Source: a virus
Taxonomy: Duplodnaviria; Heunggongvirae; Uroviricota; Caudoviricetes
Virus record (IMG/VR): IMGVR_UViG_2870490042_000003
Strand: one strand, 5' to 3'
DNA: 42,699 nucleotides
The notes under the pieces were generated by a model. That model ran no database searches. It was given only the letters and a program-made list of their open reading frames with translations, and was not told where the DNA came from. This document shows positions 29,126-37,289 of this stretch, in pieces. The stretch's first letter is position 1; the number at the start of each line of letters is the position of its first letter. The position numbers and the translations under genes are program-made.

Positions 29126-29149
29126 AAAAAACCCGCTCGGCGGCGGGTT
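29126..29149 (-). terminator. Candidate tR' (late terminator downstream of pR')
   Basis: - strand AACCCGC-CGCCGA-GCGGGTT followed by TTTTTT, about 50 nt downstream of the candidate pR' -10. Confidence 0.55.
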
Positions 29150-29196
29150 GTAGAAACTCTTCTAACGTCAGGCATAAAAAGCCCATTATTATGACG

Positions 29197-29224
29197 AATT
29201 TACCACAGATTCCGGAAAAATCAA
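29197..29224 (-). promoter_or_regulatory. Candidate late promoter pR' (-35 TTGATT, 16-bp spacer, -10 TAAATT)
   Basis: Immediately downstream of the Q stop on the - strand; the -10 TAAATT matches my recollection of lambda pR'. Confidence 0.45.
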
Positions 29225-29229
29225 CCTTG

Positions 29230-30051
29230 TTACCTAGTTACCTTTTTTAACTGCCGCTCAGCCCATGCTTCTTCAATATCAAACCGGGTCACCAGCGCAT
29301 CATAGAATTTCTTAACTGTTTTTTCCCATGACGCGCGTGTTATCTGGTTTGTCACCTCGCATATAGCATTAAATGTCTCCGTTGATGGTAGTCTTTCATA
29401 GCCACGACCACCACAACGCTGGCAGTCTCTGATAACAGGCATACCACGTTTTACCGACTCTTCACGATGAATGGCGACACCACGCCCACGGCAATCCTTA
29501 CAGGCGGTGGAAACCTCACCCTTTCCGCCACACTCCGGACAGGCAACTTTTACCACCTCCCTGACTTTTTTCCATTCTTCCCAGTAAGACGAATACACAC
29601 CTTTCGTACACTTTGCCCATACCGGCGGCTTACCATCCGGATACTGGACCTTGTTTGTAAAAACTACGCTTTCAATAAATTTTTCCCCATAGCAACAAGG
29701 GCACTGCTTTTTACTCGCTGCGCTGCGGGCATAATCCTCAAAAGCGTACGAAGCCATAATGCGCATCACTAACGGTTTTATTTCTGCCGGAAGTTTTCTC
29801 AACGCCGCAACACGATCGCACCGACTGAGTGCATAATCTGCCAGTAATTCTGTTGCCCGCGCCCTGTCATTCATACTGATGCCCATTTTCCCCAGGAACG
29901 CAGAAAACCCCATCTCAGCCCGATTCTGTGTCATGCCCTGCGCGGCCATCACATCAGTGATACTCAGCGCATCTTTTGACGTTGAGGCCGATGCATCGGT
30001 CAGGCCAGGGGATTTTGGGGAGTAGTATTTCGGTAAATCTTCCAGTTTCAT
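29230..30051 (-). CDS. Antitermination protein Q (QuuQ-like, zinc-binding Cys clusters)
   Basis: 273 aa; MKLEDLPKYYSPKSP… N-terminus and CxxC clusters (CPCCYG, CPECGG, CKDCRG, CQRCGG); ATGA overlap with rusA; followed by pR'/tR'/tRNA. Confidence 0.75.
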   Translation of the reverse strand: MKLEDLPKYYSPKSPGLTDASASTSKDALSITDVMAAQGMTQNRAEMGFSAFLGKMGISMNDRARATELLADYALSRCDRVAALRKLPAEIKPLVMRIMASYAFEDYARSAASKKQCPCCYGEKFIESVVFTNKVQYPDGKPPVWAKCTKGVYSSYWEEWKKVREVVKVACPECGGKGEVSTACKDCRGRGVAIHREESVKRGMPVIRDCQRCGGRGYERLPSTETFNAICEVTNQITRASWEKTVKKFYDALVTRFDIEEAWAERQLKKVTR

Positions 30052-30428
30052 TTTTTGACCTGCTCTTCATGCATTATGGGGTAAATCTTCACCCCCAGAC
30101 GTCCACCAGATACTGGCTGACCACGAACGATATTGATTTCATCAAACTGCTCATCGTCCATTAACACTCCCGCATGCGTCAGCGCATCCAGCGGTGCTTT
30201 CAGGATATTGTCCAGGTCGCGACGACGCTTATCCGGTGGCTCTGCAATCACCTTTATCGCCAGCCTTCCGGACAGGTTTAATTTCAGCCGCTGCTGGCGA
30301 ACAATTAGCGCCACATCACGGCGATAACGCTTTCCGGCCTCCGAGATGAAATACGTATTGCCATGACGTCGCCAGTAGGTATTCACCGTCGGCGGGTAAG
30401 GCAAAACAAATTCTATGCGTTCAGTCAT
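30048..30428 (-). CDS. rusA: Holliday junction resolvase RusA
   Basis: 126 aa MTERIEFVLPYPPTVNTYWRRHG…, RusA-family sequence. Confidence 0.85.
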   Translation of the reverse strand: MTERIEFVLPYPPTVNTYWRRHGNTYFISEAGKRYRRDVALIVRQQRLKLNLSGRLAIKVIAEPPDKRRRDLDNILKAPLDALTHAGVLMDDEQFDEINIVRGQPVSGGRLGVKIYPIMHEEQVKK

Positions 30429-31487
30429 TCATGCTTTCCACTTCAGGACACCCGAATTTCTCGCGTGCATTAAAAAACGAATCAGCAACAACAGCTGGCT
30501 GCCGTGTTTTTCTTCAAAATCTTTTACCCCGGCGTGCAGTTCGTTATGACATTTACGGCACAGCGGAATAACAAACAAATCATCAGCCTTTGTTCCCATA
30601 CCTCCCAGGCCATGACCAATGATGTGATGCGGATCATCTGCCTGATTACCGCACGTCATGCATTTCTGCGTTTTTACCCAGCGCGTGTATACAGGCATCT
30701 CTTCCCGTTGTGGTTTCTGGCGCTGGAGATACTGAACCGGAGACTCCGGATCAACGGCGATGCTTACTAACGTCTTTTCCTGGAGTGGGGGCTGTTGCTG
30801 GTGGACGTGAAGTGGCAGCGCAATATTTTTTGTGCGCTGCTTCAGTATGCTGGTGGCAGTCTGTTCTCCCGGTACGATGTCACTCTCACGGTATACGGAG
30901 CGGATTTTTTCCACCGGTAATCCCAGTGAACGACACAATACAGACTCCGGAAGCGCATCAGCCACCTGATTGCAGACCGCCCACCAGGATAATTCGGCCA
31001 GCGATAACTCCCTCTCCTGCGTACCGCTGATTGCGTGACGGATGACGTCAATCATCCATGCTGACAAGTTTTGATGAGCAAGTTGCCCGAGTGATTCTGA
31101 TGTCTGGTCCCGCAACTGGTTGTCACAGTGCCAGCACAACACCATCGCGCCGGTACCGTAACGGTGAATGACGGTTTCACTGTGATGATAGTCACCATGA
31201 GGCCACTGGCAGGATTTGACATGACGCAACAGCCAGTCAGACAGTGCCCCAGCGCCGCCAGCAGCACGAATCACCCGATCATCGCTGAAAAATGGCAGTA
31301 ATGATTTATCCTCCGCCAGCGGCTGGCGAACGGCAGGGACGACTCCGGACGGCAGACCGCGCATGCTTTTCGGTTCAGGCTCCACCAGCACTCGAGGGTT
31401 ATGAAATACTTGCATGGATTCACGGCCCGGCCTAAGGACCACCAGCCCGAGTTCCGGTACCAGAACAGGTCGAAGTAATATCCGCAC
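30429..31487 (-). CDS. DUF968-type phage protein (YdfU-like) with a C-terminal HNH-like Cys/His motif
   Basis: Start at GTG 31487 with GGAGG 4 nt upstream; C-terminal CMTCGNQADDPHHIIGHGLGG…CRKCHNELH. Confidence 0.6.
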   Translation of the reverse strand: MRILLRPVLVPELGLVVLRPGRESMQVFHNPRVLVEPEPKSMRGLPSGVVPAVRQPLAEDKSLLPFFSDDRVIRAAGGAGALSDWLLRHVKSCQWPHGDYHHSETVIHRYGTGAMVLCWHCDNQLRDQTSESLGQLAHQNLSAWMIDVIRHAISGTQERELSLAELSWWAVCNQVADALPESVLCRSLGLPVEKIRSVYRESDIVPGEQTATSILKQRTKNIALPLHVHQQQPPLQEKTLVSIAVDPESPVQYLQRQKPQREEMPVYTRWVKTQKCMTCGNQADDPHHIIGHGLGGMGTKADDLFVIPLCRKCHNELHAGVKDFEEKHGSQLLLLIRFLMHARNSGVLKWKA

Positions 31488-31488
31488 G

Positions 31489-31767
31489 TTACCTCCAGAT
31501 CCGTTGCTGGTATGTGCGGGATGAACGCGGTGGGCGTTCGGAGTAAGGGAGTCTGACTGAGATTATCCAGTGACGGTAGTCGAGGCTAAGAGCTTTCTTA
31601 ACCTCGTATCCGCGCCTGCGGTAACACTGAATTATCCATTCCGCCTGCTCTTCAGTGCATGGAGGATGCTGGAACCAGTCTGATTTGAATGCGTGAAAAC
31701 GCCGTCCGCACCTACTGGCAAAGACGGCAGAATCATTAGAATTGTGTAATTTGGTATCGTGCGCCAT
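31489..31767 (-). CDS. Hypothetical protein (start uncertain)
   Basis: ORF between hok and the DUF968 gene; first ATG at 31767 gives 92 aa; a GTG alternative lies at 31896. Confidence 0.4.
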   Translation of the reverse strand: MAHDTKLHNSNDSAVFASRCGRRFHAFKSDWFQHPPCTEEQAEWIIQCYRRRGYEVKKALSLDYRHWIISVRLPYSERPPRSSRTYQQRIWR

Positions 31768-31840
31768 CGGTTGTCTCTGCTGGCGCAGCAGGTGCCAGTT
31801 GTTCAGGCTGGCGTGCGAATTGTAAACCAGAATGCCAGGA

Positions 31841-31865
31841 AAAAACAAAACCCGCCGAAGCGGGT
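31841..31865 (-). terminator. Intrinsic terminator downstream of hok (probable hok mRNA 3' end)
   Basis: - strand AACCCGC-TTCG-GCGGG followed by TTTTGTTTTTT. Confidence 0.55.
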
Positions 31866-31934
31866 TACGTGCGGGTGCGTTGAGGATGCCTGACACATCA
31901 GAGGTGGCGAGGGATTTCTCCCCCGCCAGGTCTC

Positions 31935-32090
31935 TTACTCCTCAGGTTCGTAAGCTGTGAAGACAGCGACCTCCGTCTGGCCGGTTCGGATTCGTACCTC
32001 GCAGAGGTCTTTCCTCGTTACCAGTGCCGTCACAATGACGGTTAAACAGATGACGATCAGGGCGATTAACATCGCCTTTTGCTGCTTCAT
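31935..32090 (-). CDS. hok: Hok/Gef-family type I toxin (HokD/RelF-like)
   Basis: 51 aa MKQQKAMLIALIVICLTVIVTALVTRKDLCEVRIRTGQTEVAVFTAYEPEE; an in-frame upstream ATG at 32147 would give a 70-aa form. Confidence 0.85.
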   Translation of the reverse strand: MKQQKAMLIALIVICLTVIVTALVTRKDLCEVRIRTGQTEVAVFTAYEPEE

Positions 32091-32349
32091 AGCCTGCTTC
32101 TCCTTGCCTTTCGGCACGTAAGAGGCTAACCTAGATTTGCCGTTCATAGATTGAGCCTCAGATTAATGTTAAGCGTCTTGCAGGACGCGTAATGTTAACT
32201 GGGGCTTTTCTCTATCTGCCTTTTGGTGTTCATGCCTGAGACAGATAGCCTCAAGCACCCGCAGTCATTCTACTTAACTAAGATTTCCCCGCAAACCGTT
32301 TTTGTCCGGCACAGTAAATATCCAACTAAACCAATGGCGTTCGCTGTAT

Positions 32350-32529
32350 TTACCGCCAGTATTCAATGCACATGACCGCCATGAACACCCCTAAAAAAAG
32401 GGCATTTATATATCCAAATATTAATATCAAAACATCAACTTTTTCCATATACCTTGCTGTGAAGATGATGGGCATACATGATACGAACAACCAGAACGCA
32501 ACAAACAAAAACTGCAATGCGTTTTTCAT
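32350..32529 (-). CDS. Small hydrophobic membrane protein (59 aa, two predicted TM segments) in an AT-rich island
   Basis: ATG 32529 with AGGAGG 5 nt upstream; MKNALQFLFVAFWLFVSCMPIIFTARYMEKVDVLILIFGYINALFLGVFMAVMCIEYWR. Confidence 0.55.
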   Translation of the reverse strand: MKNALQFLFVAFWLFVSCMPIIFTARYMEKVDVLILIFGYINALFLGVFMAVMCIEYWR

Positions 32530-32758
32530 TATTCCTCCTACAATCAATGTGCAATTACATTTAAACACACCTCAATTTGGCCGAACATATAAATATCTAA
32601 ACCAGAAAAAATCACTTACATAGCGTTACAAACTCTTTAGTCTAAATATTCATCGTAAAACATTCCCCATACTTATCAGCCCGTTCTGCGCCAGGTAGCT
32701 CATTGCCTTATCTGGGAATCTGTAATCAGGTTTCCGGATGCTGGTGGATTTTCGCGTT

Positions 32759-33016
32759 TTAGTTGTTCATAAAAGTGCACAGCTTTAACCAGTTCTTCTG
32801 ATGTAACCGGGACTGGCGGGGCAGTGAATAAGGCCTGAATTTCATAGTTCGGCCTGTCGTTACAATCCTCTTTTTTCGGTACATATTTCCAGTCACCAGA
32901 CCACTACTTCTCCTGAAAGTCCGTAACGCCTTTTTTTTCACGTAGCGATATCGCCATGCCACTGTTTTTGCTTGCCCCGCCGTTTCATGCCCTTCCTGAT
33001 AATTAACCTCGCTCAT
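32759..33016 (-). CDS. Hypothetical basic protein (85 aa) containing an A8 homopolymer; possibly frameshifted
   Basis: ATGA start/stop overlap with the upstream small gene; Arg/Lys-rich; A8 run (T8 on +, 32931-32938). Confidence 0.3.
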   Translation of the reverse strand: MSEVNYQEGHETAGQAKTVAWRYRYVKKKALRTFRRSSGLVTGNMYRKKRIVTTGRTMKFRPYSLPRQSRLHQKNWLKLCTFMNN

Positions 33017-33189
33017 TCATCGCCCCACTCATCACAATATGCTTCGACCGGAGTTTTTCCTGCTTCATAATCATCACGCCATGCTTCAGCATCAGCAGCA
33101 CTGCCACCACGTAACTCTGCATAGTCCATTAACAGTTCATGCCATTCTTCAAAACTGACGTTGTATTTAGTTGAACCAAAATCAGCCAT
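33016..33189 (-). CDS. Small acidic protein (57 aa), nin-region-like small gene
   Basis: ATG 33189 with GGAAG SD; MADFGSTKYNVSFEEWHELLMDYAELRGGSAADAEAWRDDYEAGKTPVEAYCDEWGDE; below the track's cutoff. Confidence 0.4.
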
Positions 33190-33364
33190 TTTGTTCTTCC
33201 TCTTCGTCTTTTATTTCGTGATATGAGTAATTGCAGTAGTTAAAGAAAATATCTTTTGCTTCGTCATGTATTTCATCAGGCGTCGCATCATCATCCACTT
33301 CGAATTCATCCTCGAAATCTCCACCGGCTATTCCCGTTTCAATAATTATTTTAAACTTTCGCAT
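33182..33364 (-). CDS. Small acidic protein (60 aa)
   Basis: ATG start; highly acidic; 8-nt overlap with the next small gene. Confidence 0.4.
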   Translation of the reverse strand: MRKFKIIIETGIAGGDFEDEFEVDDDATPDEIHDEAKDIFFNYCNYSYHEIKDEEEEQNG

Positions 33365-33457
33365 TTAACTACCGCCCTTTCGGGCGGCCTCCTGATGTTC
33401 TGAGGGTGCAGAAATCCCTCCGGTTAAGGATTAAATTTTTAACAGAGCTAAATTTAA

Positions 33458-33814
33458 TTATTCAGTTCTGGATTTTGTCGCCCTGCGTATCCGCGCTTTC
33501 GCGTTACGCTCAATCTGAATTAGCTTTTCTATATTTTTTCGCCTTTCCCGCTCCTCCTGACGCAAGAGCCTTACATCATCTGCCAGTCTGGTTTCTCTTT
33601 TCGCCACAGAGAGCATCCAGTCAAATGGCTCCACAACTGCACCGCAGATTTTACAGCGGACCTGACGCTCTTTTTCGTCAACCCGGACAGAGGCGTGATG
33701 ACAATATGGTCTTTCCGATGGCTCATAAAGAAAATTAACCTGATTACGAGGGTCATCCTCTTTTACCGGAAATAAAACGATATTGCTTAACTCATCCTCT
33801 GGTTTTATTTCCAT
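33458..33814 (-). CDS. Hypothetical protein with a Cys-His zinc-finger-like motif
   Basis: Start ATG 33814 with GGAGAGGAG SD; …YCHHASVRVDEKERQVRCKICGAV…. Confidence 0.5.
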   Translation of the reverse strand: MEIKPEDELSNIVLFPVKEDDPRNQVNFLYEPSERPYCHHASVRVDEKERQVRCKICGAVVEPFDWMLSVAKRETRLADDVRLLRQEERERRKNIEKLIQIERNAKARIRRATKSRTE

Positions 33815-33871
33815 GCTCCTCTCCTTTGATGCGAATGCCAGCGGTAATTGAAGCCTGATAGCTAATTTCAC

Positions 33872-34294
33872 TCACAGTACCGCCTCCTGAAAATTACCCT
33901 GATAGAAAGCCAGTACACGCTGCATAGCTTCACTCTTCCGGCACTCGCGACAGATTATGTTTAGGCGACTGTCGTAGCGACGTATTTCTCCGTCAGGTAA
34001 CGACCAGATAAGGTCCGGATCAACCACAACCGGTTTCTTCAGCTTTGCCCTCGATAATTTTTTGCGGGCATTTTGCCAGTCTTTACGAGCCTGTTCAGAC
34101 GGGAATAACCCGTAGCCAGAATTGTATACATCGCCACTGGCAACCAGCTCTCTGGCCAGAACGCTCATCAGATATCTTGTTGCCCCAGTTTTAGCTTCCA
34201 GTTGTCGTAACGTCTCGCGCCCACTCTGGCGTACGAGTTCAAGAACCTGTCCTTTAATTTTTTCCCGCTCTTCTTGTGTAAAAACTTTTGCCAC
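33872..34294 (-). CDS. Hypothetical protein downstream of the replication gene
   Basis: 140 aa from GTG 34294 with AGGAGG SD; no family recognised. Confidence 0.5.
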   Translation of the reverse strand: MAKVFTQEEREKIKGQVLELVRQSGRETLRQLEAKTGATRYLMSVLARELVASGDVYNSGYGLFPSEQARKDWQNARKKLSRAKLKKPVVVDPDLIWSLPDGEIRRYDSRLNIICRECRKSEAMQRVLAFYQGNFQEAVL

Positions 34295-34334
34295 AAGCCC
34301 TCCTGAAAATTACCTCATGACCAGAAATTAACAC

Positions 34335-35405
34335 TTACCCCCTGAAGCCCGGCGGAATTTCGTTATCCGGTTCAGAAATATGATTCACACAACGCTGGTT
34401 GTTCGTGCCGCTTACCGGGAGCAGCCAGGGGTTTTCAAAATTCCGGTCCGGTCCAAAAAACGTCGTCGCTCGCTGAACAAATTCCGTTCCCGTTTTCCCG
34501 GTAGCCGCAAGGTATCTTGCGTAACGCCTCACGCCATCCAGCATGGCCTCTGGTGGCACCCCCTCGCGTAATCTGGCTTTCCAGGCACTGAAAGCGGATT
34601 TCTTCGGGTTTGCCCCGGCACGCAACGGGTATTCCCGCCAGACCTGTTCGAACACATCAGGATAATCCACTCGTCCCACAGGCTGCCCGGTGTTTTCCGG
34701 GACTACCCGATCGGCTTCCCGCTGAATGGCGGAATCGGCTTCAGGCTGCTGAAGTTGGTGTGATTGCTCCTGCCTTGCGGTCATCACCTGCTGCACAGCG
34801 CCCGAATCGGCTTTCAGCGCATACGCTGAATCGGCTTCCGGTGTCGTGCCTGCGGGCTGGCCAGGAGTGACGGTCTGAACATCCCCTGCCTGGTTCGTGG
34901 CGTTTTTTACGCCATGGACCATAGTGTTTTGATCTTCTTGATCTGTATCTTTATCTGTATCTTTATCTGTCGTGACTCGTCGTGACATGTGCGTGACATT
35001 TCGTGACTCGCCGTGACAATCGCCATTTTGTTCCCGCTTTCTTTCCCTCTCTCGCTGCGCCCTCTTGCGCTCTGCCGGAGATTTTGCGGTTTGCGAAATA
35101 TTGCCGTTGTCCTCTTTCAGCACCTGGCGTTTTTCCCATCCAGTGATTAAATCACCATCAAGTACCCGCCCCTGCATCGTCTGCAAAATTGAATCAATTA
35201 CCTCTTCTGTCACGTCGAGCGCACTTGCCAAATCTTCTGTCGTGACATCAATGTGACCTCGCGTGACATTTCGTGACGCGCTCACCAGGAGGTGGATATA
35301 CACTGCCATCACTGTTGCAATTGGCTGCCCTGACACCCTGGCAATTGTTCGCCACTTAGGGTCATTTGGCATGTCATGCCATAATCTGAGCCAGGCGTTA
35401 GCCAT
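34335..35405 (-). CDS. Replication initiation protein (O-like) with internal origin iterons
   Basis: Start ATG 35405 (GAGGTG SD); the central coding region contains phased CGTGAC repeats and AT-rich tandem repeats; located at the O position downstream of the Cro/CII-like genes. Confidence 0.6.
   Translation of the reverse strand: MANAWLRLWHDMPNDPKWRTIARVSGQPIATVMAVYIHLLVSASRNVTRGHIDVTTEDLASALDVTEEVIDSILQTMQGRVLDGDLITGWEKRQVLKEDNGNISQTAKSPAERKRAQRERERKREQNGDCHGESRNVTHMSRRVTTDKDTDKDTDQEDQNTMVHGVKNATNQAGDVQTVTPGQPAGTTPEADSAYALKADSGAVQQVMTARQEQSHQLQQPEADSAIQREADRVVPENTGQPVGRVDYPDVFEQVWREYPLRAGANPKKSAFSAWKARLREGVPPEAMLDGVRRYARYLAATGKTGTEFVQRATTFFGPDRNFENPWLLPVSGTNNQRCVNHISEPDNEIPPGFRG
34939..35016. 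repeat. Candidate origin: three tandem 12-bp AT-rich repeats (TCTGTATCTTTA) then five CGTGAC iterons at ~10-11 bp spacing
   Basis: Direct repeats seen in the sequence inside the O-like gene; a second CGTGAC cluster lies at 35241-35277. Confidence 0.55.
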
Positions 35406-35476
35406 ACTCACCTCTTCTGATACCGAATCTTTTTACTCACGAGTTGCCGGAAGCGATTCGATATGACTATTGTCAG

Positions 35477-35902
35477 TCAATGTACTGCCACAGCATTTCC
35501 TGCCGGGCCACCACGGTTCATCTGATTGAAACCGGCGATTGCCACTGCGACAAAATCATCAGCGTCTCTCACCAGTCGCTCCCGCGTCTCCACCAACTCC
35601 CGAAAATAAGCTGAACTGTGGCTGCGCATTCTGGCCACCAGCAAAGGTGGCATTGCCTTTTCGATCGCTGGTAACAACGCCTGAATTTTTTCAACTGCAT
35701 CAGGGGTGTCTTTCTCCACCCAGCGGAAAATTTTCTGGGTATTGCGAGCCAGGGCTTCCGGATGGCTGTCGTCATACAGTTCCGGGAACGTCATTCCCAG
35801 CTCGAAATACGCTTTGGTAATTTTCGCAGCCGGTACTTTTTCGCCGTCCGGATGCGCCCAGGCATTCATCGCCATGCGGATGTGTTCATGCTTGATTTTC
35901 AT
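35477..35902 (-). CDS. YdaT-like protein (CII-like regulator position)
   Basis: 141 aa from ATG 35902 (GGGGGG SD), N-terminus MKIKHEH… as I recall for Rac YdaT. Confidence 0.6.
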   Translation of the reverse strand: MKIKHEHIRMAMNAWAHPDGEKVPAAKITKAYFELGMTFPELYDDSHPEALARNTQKIFRWVEKDTPDAVEKIQALLPAIEKAMPPLLVARMRSHSSAYFRELVETRERLVRDADDFVAVAIAGFNQMNRGGPAGNAVAVH

Positions 35903-36128
35903 GAATCCCCCCTTGGTTAGAAGGCGGATTATGATCAGAACCGGGAATGACAACCGTCGGTATGTGTAACTCATATTTGAGCGCCCCGGCAGTGACTGCC
36001 TGAATTAGCAACGCCCATTTCCACGGAACCTCTTCCCCCCACATGCTGACTGTGGTTTTTGACGTTCCTAGAGCTGCGGCTGTTTTAACAACTCCGCCAA
36101 AATAGCCTAATACTTCTGATTTTTTCAT
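35886..36128 (-). CDS. Cro-type HTH regulator (YdaS-like)
   Basis: About 80 aa from ATG 36128 (GGAG SD); divergent from the CI-like repressor gene. Confidence 0.6.
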   Translation of the reverse strand: MKKSEVLGYFGGVVKTAAALGTSKTTVSMWGEEVPWKWALLIQAVTAGALKYELHIPTVVIPGSDHNPPSNQGGIHENQA

Positions 36129-36140
36129 GAGTCGCTCCAT

Positions 36141-36222
36141 AAAACTGAACGTCAAAAGTTTAATAATCAAAACCAAAGAAAGTCAAGAAACAAAACCATC
36201 TGTGTTTTAAAATCAAAACATG
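36141..36222. promoter_or_regulatory. Immunity control region between the Cro-like and CI-like genes: operator palindrome TGTTTT-N6-AAAACA (36203-36220) and candidate divergent promoters
   Basis: 18-bp palindrome abuts the cI ATG; TAAAAT hexamer 6 nt upstream of the cI ATG with no SD; AAAAC/GTTTT half-site repeats; - strand TTGACT…ATTAAA upstream of the cro-like gene. Confidence 0.5.
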
Positions 36223-36858
36223 AGCAAGCAAACTATATCTGAACGCATAACCCAACGTATGCATGCGCTAAACCTGAAAGGCAAAGACCTTGTCAATGGC
36301 ACTGGCGCATCAAAAGGCTCCGTAAGTCAATGGATGAACGGTGGAGGAGCGCCGTCCTCGCGTTACATAAGTTCACTGGCAAAAATATTGAAAGTAAACG
36401 AAAATTGGCTTCTTAATGGAGGAGAGTTAAATACAGGTGATTCGCTTGATCTATCTTTACCGCCGATAAAAACGGTTCCGCTACTATCACTTCAGCAGGC
36501 AGCAAGCTGGAGTGATTATATGAAAAATTCCTCAATAACCTCTTGTGTGCAGCTTGTCGGAGAAATCCCGGTCAATACCTTTGCAGTTGTTCTAGAGAGT
36601 GACAGTATGTCAACATCTGGTGGGGGAGTTTCCATCCCAAATGGTTCAACAGTTTTTGTTGATCCCGATCGAACCGTACAACCAGGAAATATTGTCCTTG
36701 CCTTACCCAAAGGGACCACAACACCTGTCATTCGTAAACTGGAGATAGAAGGGCCGGATATTCTTTTAGTCCCCACGAATCCTCGCTACCCTTCAATTAT
36801 GCTGGATGATCTATCTTGCATATTGGGCGTATGCTTTAAAATTCAACAAGATATTTAA
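36220..36858 (+). CDS. CI-like repressor (N-terminal HTH, C-terminal S24 LexA-type autopeptidase)
   Basis: 212 aa; HTH region …GKDLVNGTGASKGSVSQWMNG…; Ser (SDSM) and Lys (VIRKL) dyad candidates in the C-terminal half. Confidence 0.8.
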   Translation: MSKQTISERITQRMHALNLKGKDLVNGTGASKGSVSQWMNGGGAPSSRYISSLAKILKVNENWLLNGGELNTGDSLDLSLPPIKTVPLLSLQQAASWSDYMKNSSITSCVQLVGEIPVNTFAVVLESDSMSTSGGGVSIPNGSTVFVDPDRTVQPGNIVLALPKGTTTPVIRKLEIEGPDILLVPTNPRYPSIMLDDLSCILGVCFKIQQDI

Positions 36859-36924
36859 CCAACCTCATCTATTTGATTAACTGTATGCCATCGTGGTGAT
36901 GGCTTAACAGCTGCCTGCTTAAAA

Positions 36925-36971
36925 TGTTTTGATAAAAAAACATTGACCTGAAAAGTTCGTTTTTCTAAACT
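36925..36971 (+). promoter_or_regulatory. Candidate early-left promoter (pL-like: TTGACC-N17-TAAACT) with an overlapping operator palindrome
   Basis: -35 at 36943-36948, -10 at 36966-36971; TGTTTT-GATAAA-AAAACA at 36925-36942 has the same architecture as the site at 36203-36220. Confidence 0.5.
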
Positions 36972-37289
36972 TCATTCATTCCCTCACCCCATCCTACAGA
37001 ATGCAGGGCAATACTTCGAGTTACCAGGCAGTGGTCAGGGGTTAAGTAGCCAGCCCGAGGCGTAAGAACATGACGGCAGGGTTCAACTTTAATAACTATG
37101 CAGCAGGTTTTTGTTCCGCTACCCCGGCGTTAAGGGGAAACAGAGGATTTCTCAGTGGGCGAAGTCAAACATCAGAATGGAAGGCGTCCAGGGATCAGCA
37201 AAGAAACAGCGATGGCGCTTTATATTGATATCAGCGCCATTGCCGGACAGGTAAGAATTATCAGAGCGGTAACTAAGCGGTATGCGCCT

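Noticed and set aside
27400-29229. Possible Shiga toxin (stxAB) genes at the Q-tRNA-holin locus
   Set aside because: No ORF of the right size or with A/B subunit features is present; the locus contains repeats and an unrelated AT-rich ORF instead
32091-32250. Attempt to place the Sok antisense promoter and terminator precisely
   Set aside because: Several weak -35/-10 combinations are possible (for example TTGCCT-N17-TAACCT); none is convincing without transcript mapping
34939-35277. Short direct repeats considered as a possible CRISPR array
   Set aside because: Repeat units are 6-12 bp without unique spacers and lie within a replication initiator gene; they are consistent with origin iterons; no CRISPR array is present in the window
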